Below are positions 22,771 to 36,185 of a DNA stretch of 64,000 nucleotides, piece by piece. Origin of the DNA: Haplodiscus bocki (lineage: Eukaryota); NCBI GenBank assembly GCA_965655095.1, contig OZ296648.1, positions 100,440,001-100,504,000 on the forward strand, written 5' to 3'. The notes under the pieces are model-generated. The model was not told the origin of the DNA, ran no database searches, and saw only the letters and a list, made by a program, of their open reading frames with translations. The position numbers and the translations under genes were made by a program. The stretch's first letter is position 1, and each line of letters opens with the position of its first letter.

Positions 22771-25700
22771 GATCCCAAGGATCAACACGCGAAACATATA
22801 AAGAAGGTCCATTTGAAATAACCAGACAAATGTAATGAATTTTCAAACATGGATCCATCAAAATTGTTTGCTGTTCTTTCATCAGAGCGTCAAAACTATT
22901 TTTATGTTCGTTTAAAGTTTTCCAATCAACTTAATTGAAGAATTTTAACCGATACAGGTTCATGTGCTAGTGCTTTACTGGAATCTTTTTTCAATGAACT
23001 TAACTTAACTAACCTTAAACCTTTAATTGCAGAAAAACCTTTCCCTAACTCTGTCAGAATGGACTCTGGCGAAAGACTTCCGATTTGAAAACAAGCAGAA
23101 ATTTCATCTCAGATCGGACTTCACTATTTCCAAGACAGTTTTCTACTTTTACCAACTATGAATAGTGGTAATCGTAAAAATCCAATTTTCAGGAAACATA
23201 ATTTTACAATTGATCCGACATAAAAATTGTTACAATTACCAGATTTCACGGTACAGTTGAATCAAATTTTGTCTGAGAACGGTAAGAAACGGAATACGAA
23301 GAAATTACTGAAAACTTCTCTCATTTTGACAAAAAAAGATACAAATTGTACCTCCATCGCAAGTACTTTTAAAATGTAGCTTGACGACATTTATTAATCA
23401 GTATCAATCATGTACCGGACTTGTTTTTCCTAACGACCGCCTCAAAAAACAAACGCTGTATTGCTTTTACTTCGTTTTTCAGCAGAATTGAGGATAGTGG
23501 CAAAGTCTTTGTTTCGGCCATAAAACTTCGTGATCATCCAATAACACTTATTTTACAAACTAAAACAGCGTGTTTTGAAATTTTAAACGGAACACAGGCT
23601 GATGTTCTGACTGAAATTGACGCTCAGTTGCTTTCCTTACCAAAAAACCGTTATCGGATGACTTTGAAAGCGAACTGAATCAATTGATTGAAGACCTTCA
23701 TTTTCAAAAATTTGTTTAAACCATCAGGTCGCGCACCTCCGGATTACTCGATACTCTGGTTTCCGACAATTAGCGACCAACACTTAGCAACAAACGTTTA
23801 GCGACAAACGGCACAATTCGATGAAATCTTCCGCTTCGCGGAGCACAGAGCTAATTTAGTCGGAATTCATGGAACTAAGTATGGAGCACAAAGATCAACA
23901 GCCCAAACATGTAAAGAGGGTCCAGTTGAAAAAACCAGACAAACGTAATGATTTTCTTCACGTAGACGCACCAGAATTTTGTGTTGTTCTTCCATAAGAA
24001 CGAGAAAACCTCTTTCATGTTTGTTTAAGTTTTTCCAATTAAATTAAACGAAAAACTTTAACTAATACAGGTTCTGGTGCTACTGCTTTAGCTGTTTTTT
24101 TTTTAAGGAACTTAACTTAAATAATCCAAAACCATTCAATCCAGAAAAATTTTCTCTTAGTTTTGTCAGATTTTACTCTGGTCAAATTTTCCCGATTCAT
24201 AAACAAGAAAACTTTCTGTTCTGATGTTGCATTGTGACAAAAATTCATCATTACTACAACGTTGTCACTATCCAAATACAAAACTCCAGTATTTGTTCAT
24301 CGCATGTCATCTGGTAAATCGCTGGGAAAAAGCCGATTTGTACACTACATTGTTCAAAAGCATACCTTTGTGTTCAAATGGCAGATGTTTTTTTCGGTCC
24401 TATTATTGGCATGCAATTCCGCCAAAAGCATTTTTGCTTACAGTTGTTTAGCTCAAGGCCCAAAATTTGTGTCATGGGATTTAGTTTTTTTGTCAACCAC
24501 TACTTTGACCCCTGCTTAGCAGCAAATGTTTGTACGCAGTTCATGGACGATTTTGCTGCAGCAGTGAATATTTTTTCTGAAATGATTCCAGCATTATGAA
24601 AACTTTCTGACTGTTCGAGAGAGTCGGGCTTGGAACTTCCAGCGCATCAATGCAAAATTGGAACGACAAAACCTGATTACCTAGGTAGCACAATTACTCC
24701 GGGAGGAACTTCACTCGAAAGTGCAAAAATTGGAAAATTTTTTGGACAAACTAGAATGCCCAGCACATTGAAAAAAGTGAAACGCCTAATTGGCTTGGTG
24801 AAATTTTTGCGAAAGTGTATTCCTAATCTTGGACCAAACTTATTGCCACTTTACATGTTTTTGCGAAAAAAAACGCTTCCACAATCACCAAAGATTACTA
24901 GGAGTTTTTTAAAACTTTAAAAGCTGACTTAATGCGTGCTATCGATTTGACCCTAGGATTAGCTAAATCAGGTTTTGAGTATGTCAACCTATGCGATGCA
25001 AATTGTAATGGCCTTAGATTCGTTGATGATTGAAGATTACATGATTGATCAAAAAAATAAAACAAATAAAACCTACGCTCCACTATTTTTTGGTTCGGGT
25101 TTTTTTTACATAAAGACAATTTAATTTCTCCGCCTTTTATAAAGAACTTTCAGCTCTTTGTTTTGCCTTAGACCATTTTGCACACTTCGTTTGGGGCGTA
25201 ACAAAGCCTGTCCCGGTTTTAACTGTCACTCAGAATACTTTACTGATCTTCAGGGAATTGCTTGGACAGAGTTTTGACTTTTATTATTCTACTTGCGCAT
25301 ATTTCAGGAAAAGAAAACTCTGTTGTTGAATATTTTTCACGCATGCAAACAGATCCGAACTTGACAATACAGATAAAAATTACGGACAATGTACCTATAC
25401 GTGAAAAAGAAAAAGAAACGGAAGCAAAAGCACCAAATGTCTCTTTGCTGAACTTTAGTTACATTAAGCCATTTTCTGAAGACAAACAACCTAATGATGA
25501 TGAACATTTCAACAATCAATTGAAACACACGGTCTTCACACTCACTTATTCTCAGAAACACCCAGTGACGATTCGGATCTTAACATAACGATGTTTTTTG
25601 CACTCCTTCATCACTTTCACAGGTAAACTTGATCAAAACTTACAATTATGAAGACATTTTGAAAGATTTTTTGAATCGTACACAACCTCTTGACTTGGTT

Positions 25701-26950
25701 CAAAAACAAAAAGAAATTGAAATCATCCGCGAGTTAATTTTGGAACCTAATTCTCGAAACTCAAGGTGACCCATAAGAATCGCCGCTTTTACCGATAGCA
25801 TTGTGAATGCACCGAAAACAGTTTAAACGCCTAGTTGTCAAAACTGAAAAATTATATACTTTATTTTGGGACGATTGTGGAAAAGTAAAATAAAAACAAT
25901 TCTTTGTAACAAAAAACCTTTGGCGTGGAGTTGTCTTCCGCCTTTAGGTTTTGAGAACTGCTTGGTAGAATGCCAAAACGGTCGAATATTTTCGACTGAA
26001 GCTTAATTCCCCAAAACTGACTGAAGTTTTCAAATCTTCAAAAAAAACTGCCTCACTTGCCTATAACCTAAACATTAATCTTCAAAATTTTTGAAGACAC
26101 CGTTACAATCAGTATCGTCACTAACTTAGTTTCGTGGTGAAAAACTTTTAATTGCTTTTGTTGGACTAGTAAAATTACAAGGTCACCGTTATGTGTTGAC
26201 AGTTGTTGACGTTTTCAGGAAATGTATATTCGCTGTCCCTTTGACCAATGTCAGAGCAGACACTATTGCGCGTGAAGTAACGTCAATCTTTTTTTGACAT
26301 ACTTGTTTGACGAACACTGTTCTTTCTGGCCTTGGATTGTCCTTTGTTTCTGAAGTTTTGCGTGAATTAACAAAATTGCTTGAAGTTAAACTGCAACATG
26401 CCAGCTTGAAACACTCACAAACGGTGGGAGTTGTCGAACCATCTTATAGTGAACTTGAATAGTACTGAATAATTGAACGAATGGTTTTGAAAACGTACAA
26501 TTTGCCATTTTTTAAAACGCGTTTTATATTTCAGTGACTGGCTTTTGTCCTACAGTTTTTTTCCACGGCCGTGAGCCAATAAAACCATTAGACCTACGAT
26601 TCAATAACACTTCGATTGACCGAGTTTCTCCAAGTAGTGAATACGTTTCCGTATTGCAGGATGCAATGAACAAGAGAAGTTCTAAAACCAAATTAAGATT
26701 GACCGAGATGTACAATGAATACCGTGCCTTTTATTTTTGCAAAGTGAAATCAAGCCGTTGGCTCTTTTCACACACTGTCTTTCACTTAACATGAAAGTAG
26801 TGACACAAACTGGTGTTGCGAGGGAATCGTTGCCAATTTGGCTTGCTTTCTATGGTATTGAATAGCGTTTGACGAAACTTAATCACAAAATTCGCTAAAA
26901 TGGCACGATATACATACACAGACTTCACTTACAAACTGTGGCCCCGCAAG
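22770..26950 (+). pseudogene. Gypsy pol relic (PR-RT-RNaseH-integrase)
   Basis: PR 'ILTDTGS' (DTG at 22951). RT 'QFMDDF' (~24540) and 'KCKIG..DYLGSTIT'-like. RH 'LCDA' and 'ELSALCFALDHFAHFVWG'. INT 'HRYVLTVVDVF..FAVPL' and 'FVSEVLRELTKLLEVKLQHASLKHSQTVGVVE'. Confidence 0.85.
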
Positions 26951-29900
26951 GTCGCATTGATGATCTAACTGTCATTCATTTTGATATTTTTTCAAAGAGA
27001 CCGATCGTTTGGCCATTTTCGTGGTGAACCAACTTTATTTGATGAAATTATTCGTTCCTTTTTTGAAACTCCCACCATAGGGGTTATAACACGTACTGCG
27101 ACGGAAGATCCGCCACCTGTAACTGTCAGTTTCCGATTTCCAGTCCCTCCAGCGCTTGTACCAGTCGGACTAGCAGCTGCACAGGCTAACCTGCCCCAAC
27201 CTTCTGTGGCATTGGCCCCAGGTTTGGTGTCACTAGACACAACAGCTTTGACGAGACAGAACCACATTCACCAGATTGACCTCAACTTACTACCCAGGAT
27301 GTATGTTTCGGTAATGATGACATTTTGAAAACTAATTAATTGCCAAAATTTTTTCCAAGTGATAATAGCGACAGCTCCATTGATACCACATGTAAAAATG
27401 AACCTACCTCCCTATCTTTCCTGCTGCAAATAAATCTGAGACCCTGAGGCTTTTTCCTCTTCATCAAATTTGCCTAACTTTTAAGTTTTTTTGCCCAAAA
27501 CTACCATCTCGAGACTATCATGAGAAAGCCATTCAAAACAAAAACTCACCGAAAGTGCAATATATTCCACTTAGCGAGCCAGCTGATTCGTCGAATCAGC
27601 TGACCCGGAGTCAAAAACGCGATGTAATCATTGATTAGTATCAACGAACACGAACCCTTCAAAGTAGTTGTGATCTACAATCAAACGCATTTGACCGCAA
27701 ATCTTGGACTACTTATAAACATTCGGCCCAGTGAACGGCGCCTGGGTATTCAGAACGTCAAAAAGAAGTGCCATAAAGCTGCTCGTTGAAAAAATTGCAG
27801 AAACGATTATCAAATAAAAATGACGTCCTTGCTGTTATTGATTCAAAGGTACATTCCAAAGTTTGTTTTTCAGAGTCAATTTTTCTCACAGCTTTTACAT
27901 GCATAGCACACTGTGTTTCCTCGGATTCTGTCTTGGGCAAACGTTCAGCGTCTGAGCGTCTGCAATAGCCTGCTGCTATAGTGAGCTACAGGAAATTCGA
28001 CAATTATCATTAATTAACTTTCCCCCAGGCCCTTTAGTCACCCAATTTCAACAAACAACATCAATGCTCTATATATATATTCTAGTGAAAAAACAACAAT
28101 GTTTTCACAAACCTGCCTGTAAGACACTAGTTTTGAGCCTCCAGGCCTTAAAACCATATTTGAACCACAATGTTATTGGTGAAATCGTCGCTCGTAAACT
28201 TGGTTACGGCTGTGATCAATCACATTGAACGACAGTATTTTCAATCTAATTCGACCCTTCTCTGGGCAGGAACCTTACAAATACAATATTCCAGCCCACA
28301 CGGTAGTCTAATATGCCAATGTAGCAGCTTATGCAAGTTTTTTCAATGCATACATGCTTGTCAAAATTCCTCTGAAAATTCATTTAGAACTGTTTTTGCA
28401 AAAAATTGCCGTAACTATCCAAAACATACTATTTCCATTTTTCAAATTTTTCTTTCGTCCGATCGCTCCCTTGTTCGATACATACACTCGCCTGAATGTT
28501 GTCTTGCGACTTATCAGGAAAAATCTAGAATCCGAAACAAACGTTCTTCCATCATCCTCGACGGCCACAGGACCAGCACCTTCAATATATTTTATATAAT
28601 TTTCAAAGCTAATTCTGTCTGTACGATGTTTAGTGTTACCGCCTCCACACTGTTGTTTGAAAGCAATAAATACCTCAAGCAATAGCACTTAATTGGGCTT
28701 GCACATACAATAAGTTTGACTTTTTTGAATCGTTCACACAAAAAATCGTTTGAAAGTTAGTTGATATGTGCTCAAGAATATAAATTCTATGAATTGAAAA
28801 TTACGATGCTCTTTTTGCTTACAACCATCAACATTTAGCTCATCTAGCTACATGTAGGTTCAGTTTTTCCATTTGTACCATCTGTCTTATATACAGAGCA
28901 AAACTCAACAGTAATAGTGACTTACGGCTTTTTTATGACTCACGATCTGATAGATAAAATGAAATCTAACATTTCTACCCGACATTCTTTGATTGGCTCA
29001 CAAAGAAACAGTCGGTACTTTTTGCTAAGAATGCATTGCAGCAAAAAACACGCACACCGCTTGGCCCCCTCTCACTCACAGTCTAACATATCCATACTTT
29101 ATTATCACACTTCCACCCAAAACAAGTAAAACTTTTCCCACAAAGTAGGCTGTACACAACATCTAAAACGTGAAAAGACTCCAGCCTTTCCAATTTCTTT
29201 TCCTTTTCTCAGCTGTATATGTTCAAAACATAACCCAGGGTTTGGATATGGAGGTATTCTGTTCGTTAAACCATTGTTATTTCAATGACTTTGTTGCGTA
29301 GCCTAGTCTCTCGATGCAAAAGTGTTCGAACTCCCGTGTTTGCCTAACTTCTCCCACCTAATTACATAACGTCCGTATAACGCAAGGATTCTTCTCTTTC
29401 TTGTCTACACGATTCATCAAACTCAGTATTCTTTTCATTCAATTACAATTTATCCATCATTCACCTGACTTTCAACGCTCTAGAAGATAGTAGATGCTGG
29501 CAAACGAGCACAAGCCAACGCCCTCAGCAAGAATAGCCACGCATTTGGCTTCTTCGCCCCCGCCTACGTAGAGCACGTCCTATTCATTTCGCCCTTGTGC
29601 ATCCAAAATGTTTTACCACTTCTAGCCTAATAAGTCACACAATTCTATTCGTTATTCCTGTGACATTCGTTTTCAAAAACTTTTCCCATATGAAACTGCT
29701 GAAAACTTCGAAGACATTTGCAGAGAAACCTATAGACACCACCTATGGTTGAAACACGGTTATCACTTGCACATTGTTCTTAGAAGTTATAATAAAACAC
29801 TTACAGATTACATGGACATTCCAAACCAGCATTAAACATTGGTGGCATGAAGCCACTTTTCTTCAGTTCTTTGCTCAAAGTGGGCATTTTTACTACAAAT

Positions 29901-30449
29901 TTTAGTGGGCATATTTTGGTGAATGGGTCCAAGTACTTGATTTACATCATCGTGGAAAGAAAACAACTTTTTCCAGTAAAACATTTTTAATTCCAATACT
30001 TCGAAAGGCTGAAACCGTTTATCCCACATCTTCAGTTCCTCCGCCGTTTTTCTTACCATCTCATCAAGCTTTTTCTCTTGTACCTTTCGTACATATGCAG
30101 TGTACATCAGAGATTCCACTTCGGCTCTTTATTTGATCAAAATAGAGTTTTTCACTTCGCCTTTCAAATAAAATATTGATGTTACTGCGGGTGATCTATA
30201 CTCTTTGCCTTTCACTTTGCTATTATTTGTTCCACTTCGCGGCACATGCCATTCAAGTTCCATTCCCTCAGTTTGTTTACCTATTCATTTTCCGAACAGT
30301 CTGCTTGGTTTGTCTTTAGTTGCGTCCACTTTTAGCATTTCACTCACACTCCGATTGATTGCCGGTTGACTTTCTTCACCAAATTTTGAACAAAACCGCC
30401 GGAAAAAATTTTTAAAATGCTTGACGAGCTGGAATTTCCAACCAATTTT

Positions 30450-31960
30450 CAGTGGACGTCGATGCACAACAACGCCTCTTATCAGGTTACTCGCATCAAA
30501 GATGATGCCGAAGGCAACCTCTTTTCAATCTTTGGTAAAGGAGACGCCCTTAAATTCTAAATTGGGGCTTCCACTATAGGTAAACAGGACCTCCTCAAAA
30601 TTGTGATTTTCCCGCTCAAATGTCACGGTTTGTTTGTTTAATTGTTTACATCCGAGAACTTTGAAGCGGTGCTGAACAACTGACACCTAGTACAACCTTG
30701 ACTGTTCACAAATATCTAAGCTGACATCAGAGATCGTTTTTGTCAATTTTGAATCGTCTGCCACGTATTTTCTCCGTTAATCAAAAAACTTTAACACGCT
30801 TCAGCTTTTCTTTATTGTCATCATCACACCTGCTGCTGTTCGAAGTATTCGAGCTTTTAAAGTTGAAGCCGCTAGGAATCTCAATGACTTTACTGATGAA
30901 AAGATTTTGTACAATCAGGTGCAATCTTACTGACTGAGAAATTTAGTTGCGTCGAATTCCTTGTTCCGTTTCCGTCTTATGAATTATGAATTTCCTTAGA
31001 AACCGGAAAATGAAATAATATTTTTTGAACTTTCCTTAATATGGGAAACTCCTTTTCTTTTCTGTCCCTCGAATTTTTCCAGGCTCTTTGCGACAAACAC
31101 GTCTGGATTTAAGGTAAACTGGTTGTTACATCAACGTGATTATGAATTTTTTTCTGCGCAACAAGGCCTCGCGCTAATCTGCAGCGAAACCGCAAAATTT
31201 TCAACTCCTCCAAAGCCTTCTAAGTCTTCTAAAGAACGTCGCGGTGCTAGTACGGTTTTTGCAACCCTGGCCGCTGTTGGACTTTTTGGTGCCCGACTTG
31301 CTATAGGTGGCTTTAATTGTTGTGGTTTACGTGGTATTTTTGGATAATGCGAAGACCAATCAAAAGCTAACGCTGAAAAGGTACGCCACTTGCCACTTGC
31401 CTGATTTACATTTTCTTCTTACGAACAACGTTAGCCAAGTCATAACCAACGCGAATGAAAAATTTTTTTTGTTGAAAATAGCATGGCGGCCCTTAATACA
31501 AGTCAATCTGAAGTGGCAAGGACGCAAAATCTGAACTGGGTCATCATCAAAGAGCATTTGGCTGTTTGTTGACAGAAATTTGACCTTTGACGCCAATGCG
31601 ATCAACTTCTATTCGCCCACCAGCAGCCTTATTTTGATTTTGATACCGTCTTTTCCCTCCTTTGAAGAATTCATGCTAGTATGAAACGCTATCGTTCAGC
31701 TTTATTCGCTTTTCTGATGAACAATTCAGATTCCATCCCAGTTTTGCTTCAAGGACATTTGCCGATGTCGCCTATTCCAATGAGGTCGCTTCTGGCAACC
31801 ACGGATAGTGTCAGTCTCGGGCAGGCAAAAGCCGAATGTCGCTTAACCCTCGCTGTCGCAGCGAGCGATCGTTTGCTCTATTAAGGTTTTCGCCTGCTCG
31901 CCGACTCTATCAGGGTATCAGAAGGACTCTTGTTGACCCATATTATTCCGCTTGCTCAAC
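30450..31960 (+). pseudogene. Env-like (class I fusion-protein-like) gene relic, C-terminally truncated
   Basis: Basic cleavage-like site KERR (31231-31242) followed by a hydrophobic Gly/Ala-rich peptide GASTVFATLAAVGLFG..CGLRGIFG, then 'ANEKFFLL' and 'YRSALFAF..SIPVLLQGHLPMS'. Located between INT and the 3' LTR. Confidence 0.65.
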
Positions 31961-32056
31961 ATGGGCGTTTCAGAAACTTCAATTCAAGAATTTCACTGGT
32001 TTTATCCACCGATAACGGTACCTCTCAACAAGCCGGAAGTGTTTGAAGACAGGAAG

Positions 32057-32280
32057 TGTCATGTACTGAAACATTGCCTTAATTCAAGATAAATGAAATT
32101 GAAACTTAGACTCCTGAATCTTTGATATTCAAGTTAAAATTTTGATCTTCAAATCATTTTAACATTACAAGCTATCTTAATTTTCTGTTCACATTGTTTA
32201 ATCAACATTGATGAGAACTGCTCTTGACTTCAACCGCTGAGATTAGTTACCATTGGAATTTTGAAACTTTTCTCTCAACT
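32057..32280 (+). repeat. 3' LTR, left part (interrupted by LINE)
   Basis: Matches 20105-~20328; preceded by the purine tract 32045-32056. Confidence 0.82.
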
Positions 32281-35200
32281 TCGCGTTATGAGACATGAAA
32301 GACTATAAAAAACTCATTTGAAAAAACTTAACTCAAAGACGATGTAACATTATTGCGGGCAAAATTAATAAGAGCCCTTCGCCAGCGTCCCAACGTTAAA
32401 AATGTTAATATTTTTGACAAAAAAGTAGCTTTATTTATGTCAAACGATAAAAGGCATTTATTCAATAAATTATTTGGTCTACGTGAATGGGACATGGAAT
32501 TTGTTGGTTCTGTATGTAACGAGTTTGGACGTTTTCGGTAAGGGACTTTTCAGATAAAACGACCCCATCCATATTTACAAAAAAATGGAGCAAAACTTTT
32601 AACGAAGACACTGAAACCAGTCGAGAGGGCAAGGAACGGACTTTTCACATCAAAACTTGTTCGTTTAGTGAAAAGTTTGATGAATTGGCGCTTCATTCAG
32701 TAACTTTTTTCAATAATGGGCCATCTGTTGTTTGTTTAACAGAAACAAGGTTATCAAATGTAAATGAACTTTAAATGTTACGCTCAAACAACTGCTTGCT
32801 TCCGATATTTCAACCTGGATTCAATAAAAAAAACGGTGTAGTCATATATGTACACGAATCCTTCGAAAATGAGGTGGTGTGCCAACCTACGTCACAAAAT
32901 CATCAAGGCAAGAAATAACAACAACCATTGTTTGTTGTGGTTTGCATGTAAATCTCTCCGTCGTTCAAACATTCTTTGATATTGAAGGAGTTTGAAGTGT
33001 TACTAATTGACTTTTCCAATTCAATGGGCTTTCCGGCTTTTCTTGTAGGCGATATGAATATGGATCTTCCGAAACAAAACATTTTTTTCATGTAATTATA
33101 AGAACTTATTGCATTATAACGGAATGACGCAACTACTAGCGAGTGCAACACGATTTACCATAGATTCAGCAACTCTGCTCGATAATTTTCGATAATATAA
33201 TTCGTAATCGTTCCTTGGAGAATCCTGACCGTGGTGTACTTGATGCTGGTTTCACTGAACACTGTGCTAGTTTCAGGGAATTGCCCTTCTCTTTTAAAAA
33301 ATAATGATGATAGTGGAAAGATTTTCAAAGATTTTCTGATTATTTATAATGGAAATGCAAGAAATTTTTTTGGAAGTACTTTCGAATGAACTGAAAGGCC
33401 CAATCTCTATGGTGAACTTGATGAAGAAACTGAAACCTATTCAGAAACCATACAAAACCGTATAGAACTATGTTGTTCTGTAAAACAATGCAAAAGAAAA
33501 ATGTAAACAGCACTGGTTTAATGAAAAGTATGAAGAAGCTATCAGCAGGAAAATACAGGCCTTGAAACGCTTTAGAAAAGTACCAAATGTTTCGATTATA
33601 ACAAGACTCCTGATAGTTAGTCAAAAAATGAAACTTACTATTAAAGAAGTCAAATTTAATCATCTTCAAATGTTTTTTCAAAATGCATGAAAAACCTGAG
33701 AAAGTTCTATACGACGTTTTCTGAAATGCTAAGTAAAACGAGCGCGAAAACAAATCTGAATGGAAAGTTTGAAAATAAAGACACCGTAATTTCCTTTGCA
33801 GTTTTTGCGGATAAATTCAACAAAGAATTTGTTACATTTGCAACCACTGTTGTTGGTCCAACCAGACAGTAGCTCAAAGAATGTATTAAAGATATTGATT
33901 CAATACATTTGTTTCCCTTCGCAACTAATATGAGGTTTTTAATACGGTAGGTAATTCGAGAAACAATAAAGCCAATGCAATGGGTGGTGTCTCAGTTGAA
34001 GTACTTAAAGCCTCGCTTCCAGTGAATAATTTTATTTTGATTTAATTTCTTAATCTATCTTTGTGACGCGGTTGGTTCTCAAATATGATGCAAAAGGATA
34101 TCTTTTACACAAGTAGGTGATAAAATGACAATCAAGAACTATAGGTCGATTTCGATGCTACCAGCTAAAAATAAAATGTTCGGGAAAATCATCTATGAAC
34201 GATTATATTTTTTTCCATAAGGAAAATTTGCCATATTTCGAGCAGTTTGGTGTTCGTAGTAAAGGAAGTACTATAGATTCTTTTGCTGAAATTGCAGAAC
34301 AAAGTAAGCAAGGGAGTACTGATACTCTTACATGTATTATGCTTGATTTGCGTAAAGCATTTGATTCCACTAACTATCCATTTTTAGTAGCTAAACTGGA
34401 AAAATATTGTGTCAGAGGGTATTTTTCAGGGTGGTTTGAATCATTTTTAAAAGAAAAATGTTAATGTGGTTAGGAAACTGATGTGTTTTAGGATTTCTTG
34501 TACCACCTGGTAGGAGTACCGCAAGGTTCAATTCTTGGGCTTCTACTGATCTTATTGTACGTCAATGATACACCAGGTGATTGTGCATTTTCTAACTCAT
34601 TTTTTATGCTGACGACATGAAACACGATTTTTTTAATCGTAAAAATCAGGTTGAGATGTTCTTGCTGATTTAATTTTTGGAGATCATTACTAAGTGGTTA
34701 TCTGTCGCAAAGCTTGCTCTAAATAACTATACATCTCAAGCCATAACCTTTTCAAAAAATCAGTGCAAGGAGATTCGTTTATCAGACTCCATCAGTGAGC
34801 GAAGTATTTGTTTAGAGTATATTAGCGTTTTATTCGATCATTTGAAATTCATTTTTTATTGTGCTGAAATGGTTAAAAAACTGTCATAACAATATTCAGT
34901 AATATCACGATTAAGAGATTTTGGTAAAAAAACATTTGCGCTTCCAGTACTATGTTGTTTTTGCAATAAACCGGTTTTTGAATATAGTCTCTTTATTTTT
35001 GGTTGTACTTCAGAAAACAGATGGAAACCTTTTTTTATCTTACAGAAAATATACTAAGTCAAATATGCTTTAAAGCTCGCTTTTATCCATCTGCGAAATT
35101 TTTCATTGAAACAATGGTGTTCTAATTGATAGGACTCGCACTGTTGACTTTCTTAGTTTTTTTAAAATCAGTTCCTAGTTTTCTATCAACTTCACTCGTT

Positions 35201-35608
35201 CTTACTTATTCAATCGTTATATGAGCACAAATCTAATGTTCAAACCACAAAAACTCAACTTAACCTGTTTCCTTTGCCAAATGAATCCTGCTCTGTTTGT
35301 CGTAATTCTTTGCGTTACAGGGTTGCAAGCTGATCAATTGCCTAAAAGAAACAGGTTTGGGTACAGTTGAATTTTCGTTAAGAATTAAGCGTAAAACAAT
35401 AAAACACATGAAACATATAATATTGAGAGACCAATTTTCGATTTTACTTTCCAATGACATTGGTCCTCATGTGCTGTTACTTTGTTTTGTGTCATATCAT
35501 ACTTTGGAGGGTGTCCTCTATGGTGCTATTCATACTATAGATCTACATGTGTTCAGTGCCACTATAGATTCAGAATGTTTTATAATTGTATTTTATAATT
35601 GGTCCTCT
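32281..35608 (+). mobile_element. 5'-truncated, degraded CR1/L2-group LINE inserted in the 3' LTR
   Basis: ORF1 C-terminal remnant (32353-32541). APE endonuclease motifs 'VVCLTETRL' (~32730), 'GVVIYV' and 'VGDMN' (~33048). RT motifs 'YRSISMLP', 'QFGVR', 'DLRKAFD', 'GVPQGSILG' and 'YADD' (34605). Flanked by near-duplicate TTTCTCTCAACT / TTTTTCTTAACT. Confidence 0.85.
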
Positions 35609-35726
35609 TTTTTCTTAACTAACCAAAAGGATTGTGATTCGTGCATCCAAGATTGTTTTCCGCTTGCCAATAAACTGTCAAATAGTGGACAATATCATTT
35701 TTAAGACCTGAAGTAGGGATGTAAAA
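35609..35726 (+). repeat. 3' LTR, right part
   Basis: AACCAAAAG..TTGTG..TGCATCCAA..AAGACCTGAAGTAGGGATGTAAAA matches ~20329-20440. Confidence 0.8.
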
Positions 35727-36185
35727 TTTGTATCACAAATGATTATCGTAGAGTCAGCCATTTATTTCAAAATAGACTATTTTAAATATTTTTCAATTAT
35801 CGAAATCAACACCTTTTGCAATTTTAATTTTATCACACTGACAAGTTTCAATTTTATGTTTAATTGAGTTTTTTGGGATGATTTGTCTACATTAAGCAGT
35901 TCAGGTGATTATTTTGTTTTTGAGGTGTCTCAAAAAATGTTTTAGTTTTGGTTATTGTGGTTGCCTGCGTTTTCTTTGGTTTTCAAGCCTAATTGTTGTG
36001 ATAAACTTATTAAATAGATATTATGTGTGAGCTGACCGTCGAGTAGCTGGAGGGATGTGGACATCACTTCTCGGCTAATCAACTACAATTGCCCACTTCA
36101 ATATACATTGGCGAGATCATTCCTATCTGCATTTATCTTTGTTACATTGGATAGCTGTTACCTGGTTATATATAAGTCGGAACAT

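Larger units (their letters stand above)
20105..35726 (+). mobile_element. Ancient env-bearing Ty3/Gypsy LTR retrotransposon (~12.3 kb without the nested LINE)
   Basis: Two diverged direct LTRs, each beginning TGTCATGTACTGAAACATTG. TGG follows the 5' LTR and a purine tract (GAAGACAGGAAG) precedes the 3' LTR. Internal order is gag-PR-RT-RH-INT-env. Confidence 0.85.

Noticed and set aside
35720-35735. Target-site duplication and canonical CA end for the Gypsy element
   Set aside because: Both LTRs end ...GATGTAAAA(TT) rather than CA. TGTAC (left) vs TGTAT (right) fits only if the LTR includes the terminal TT, which is too ambiguous to call.
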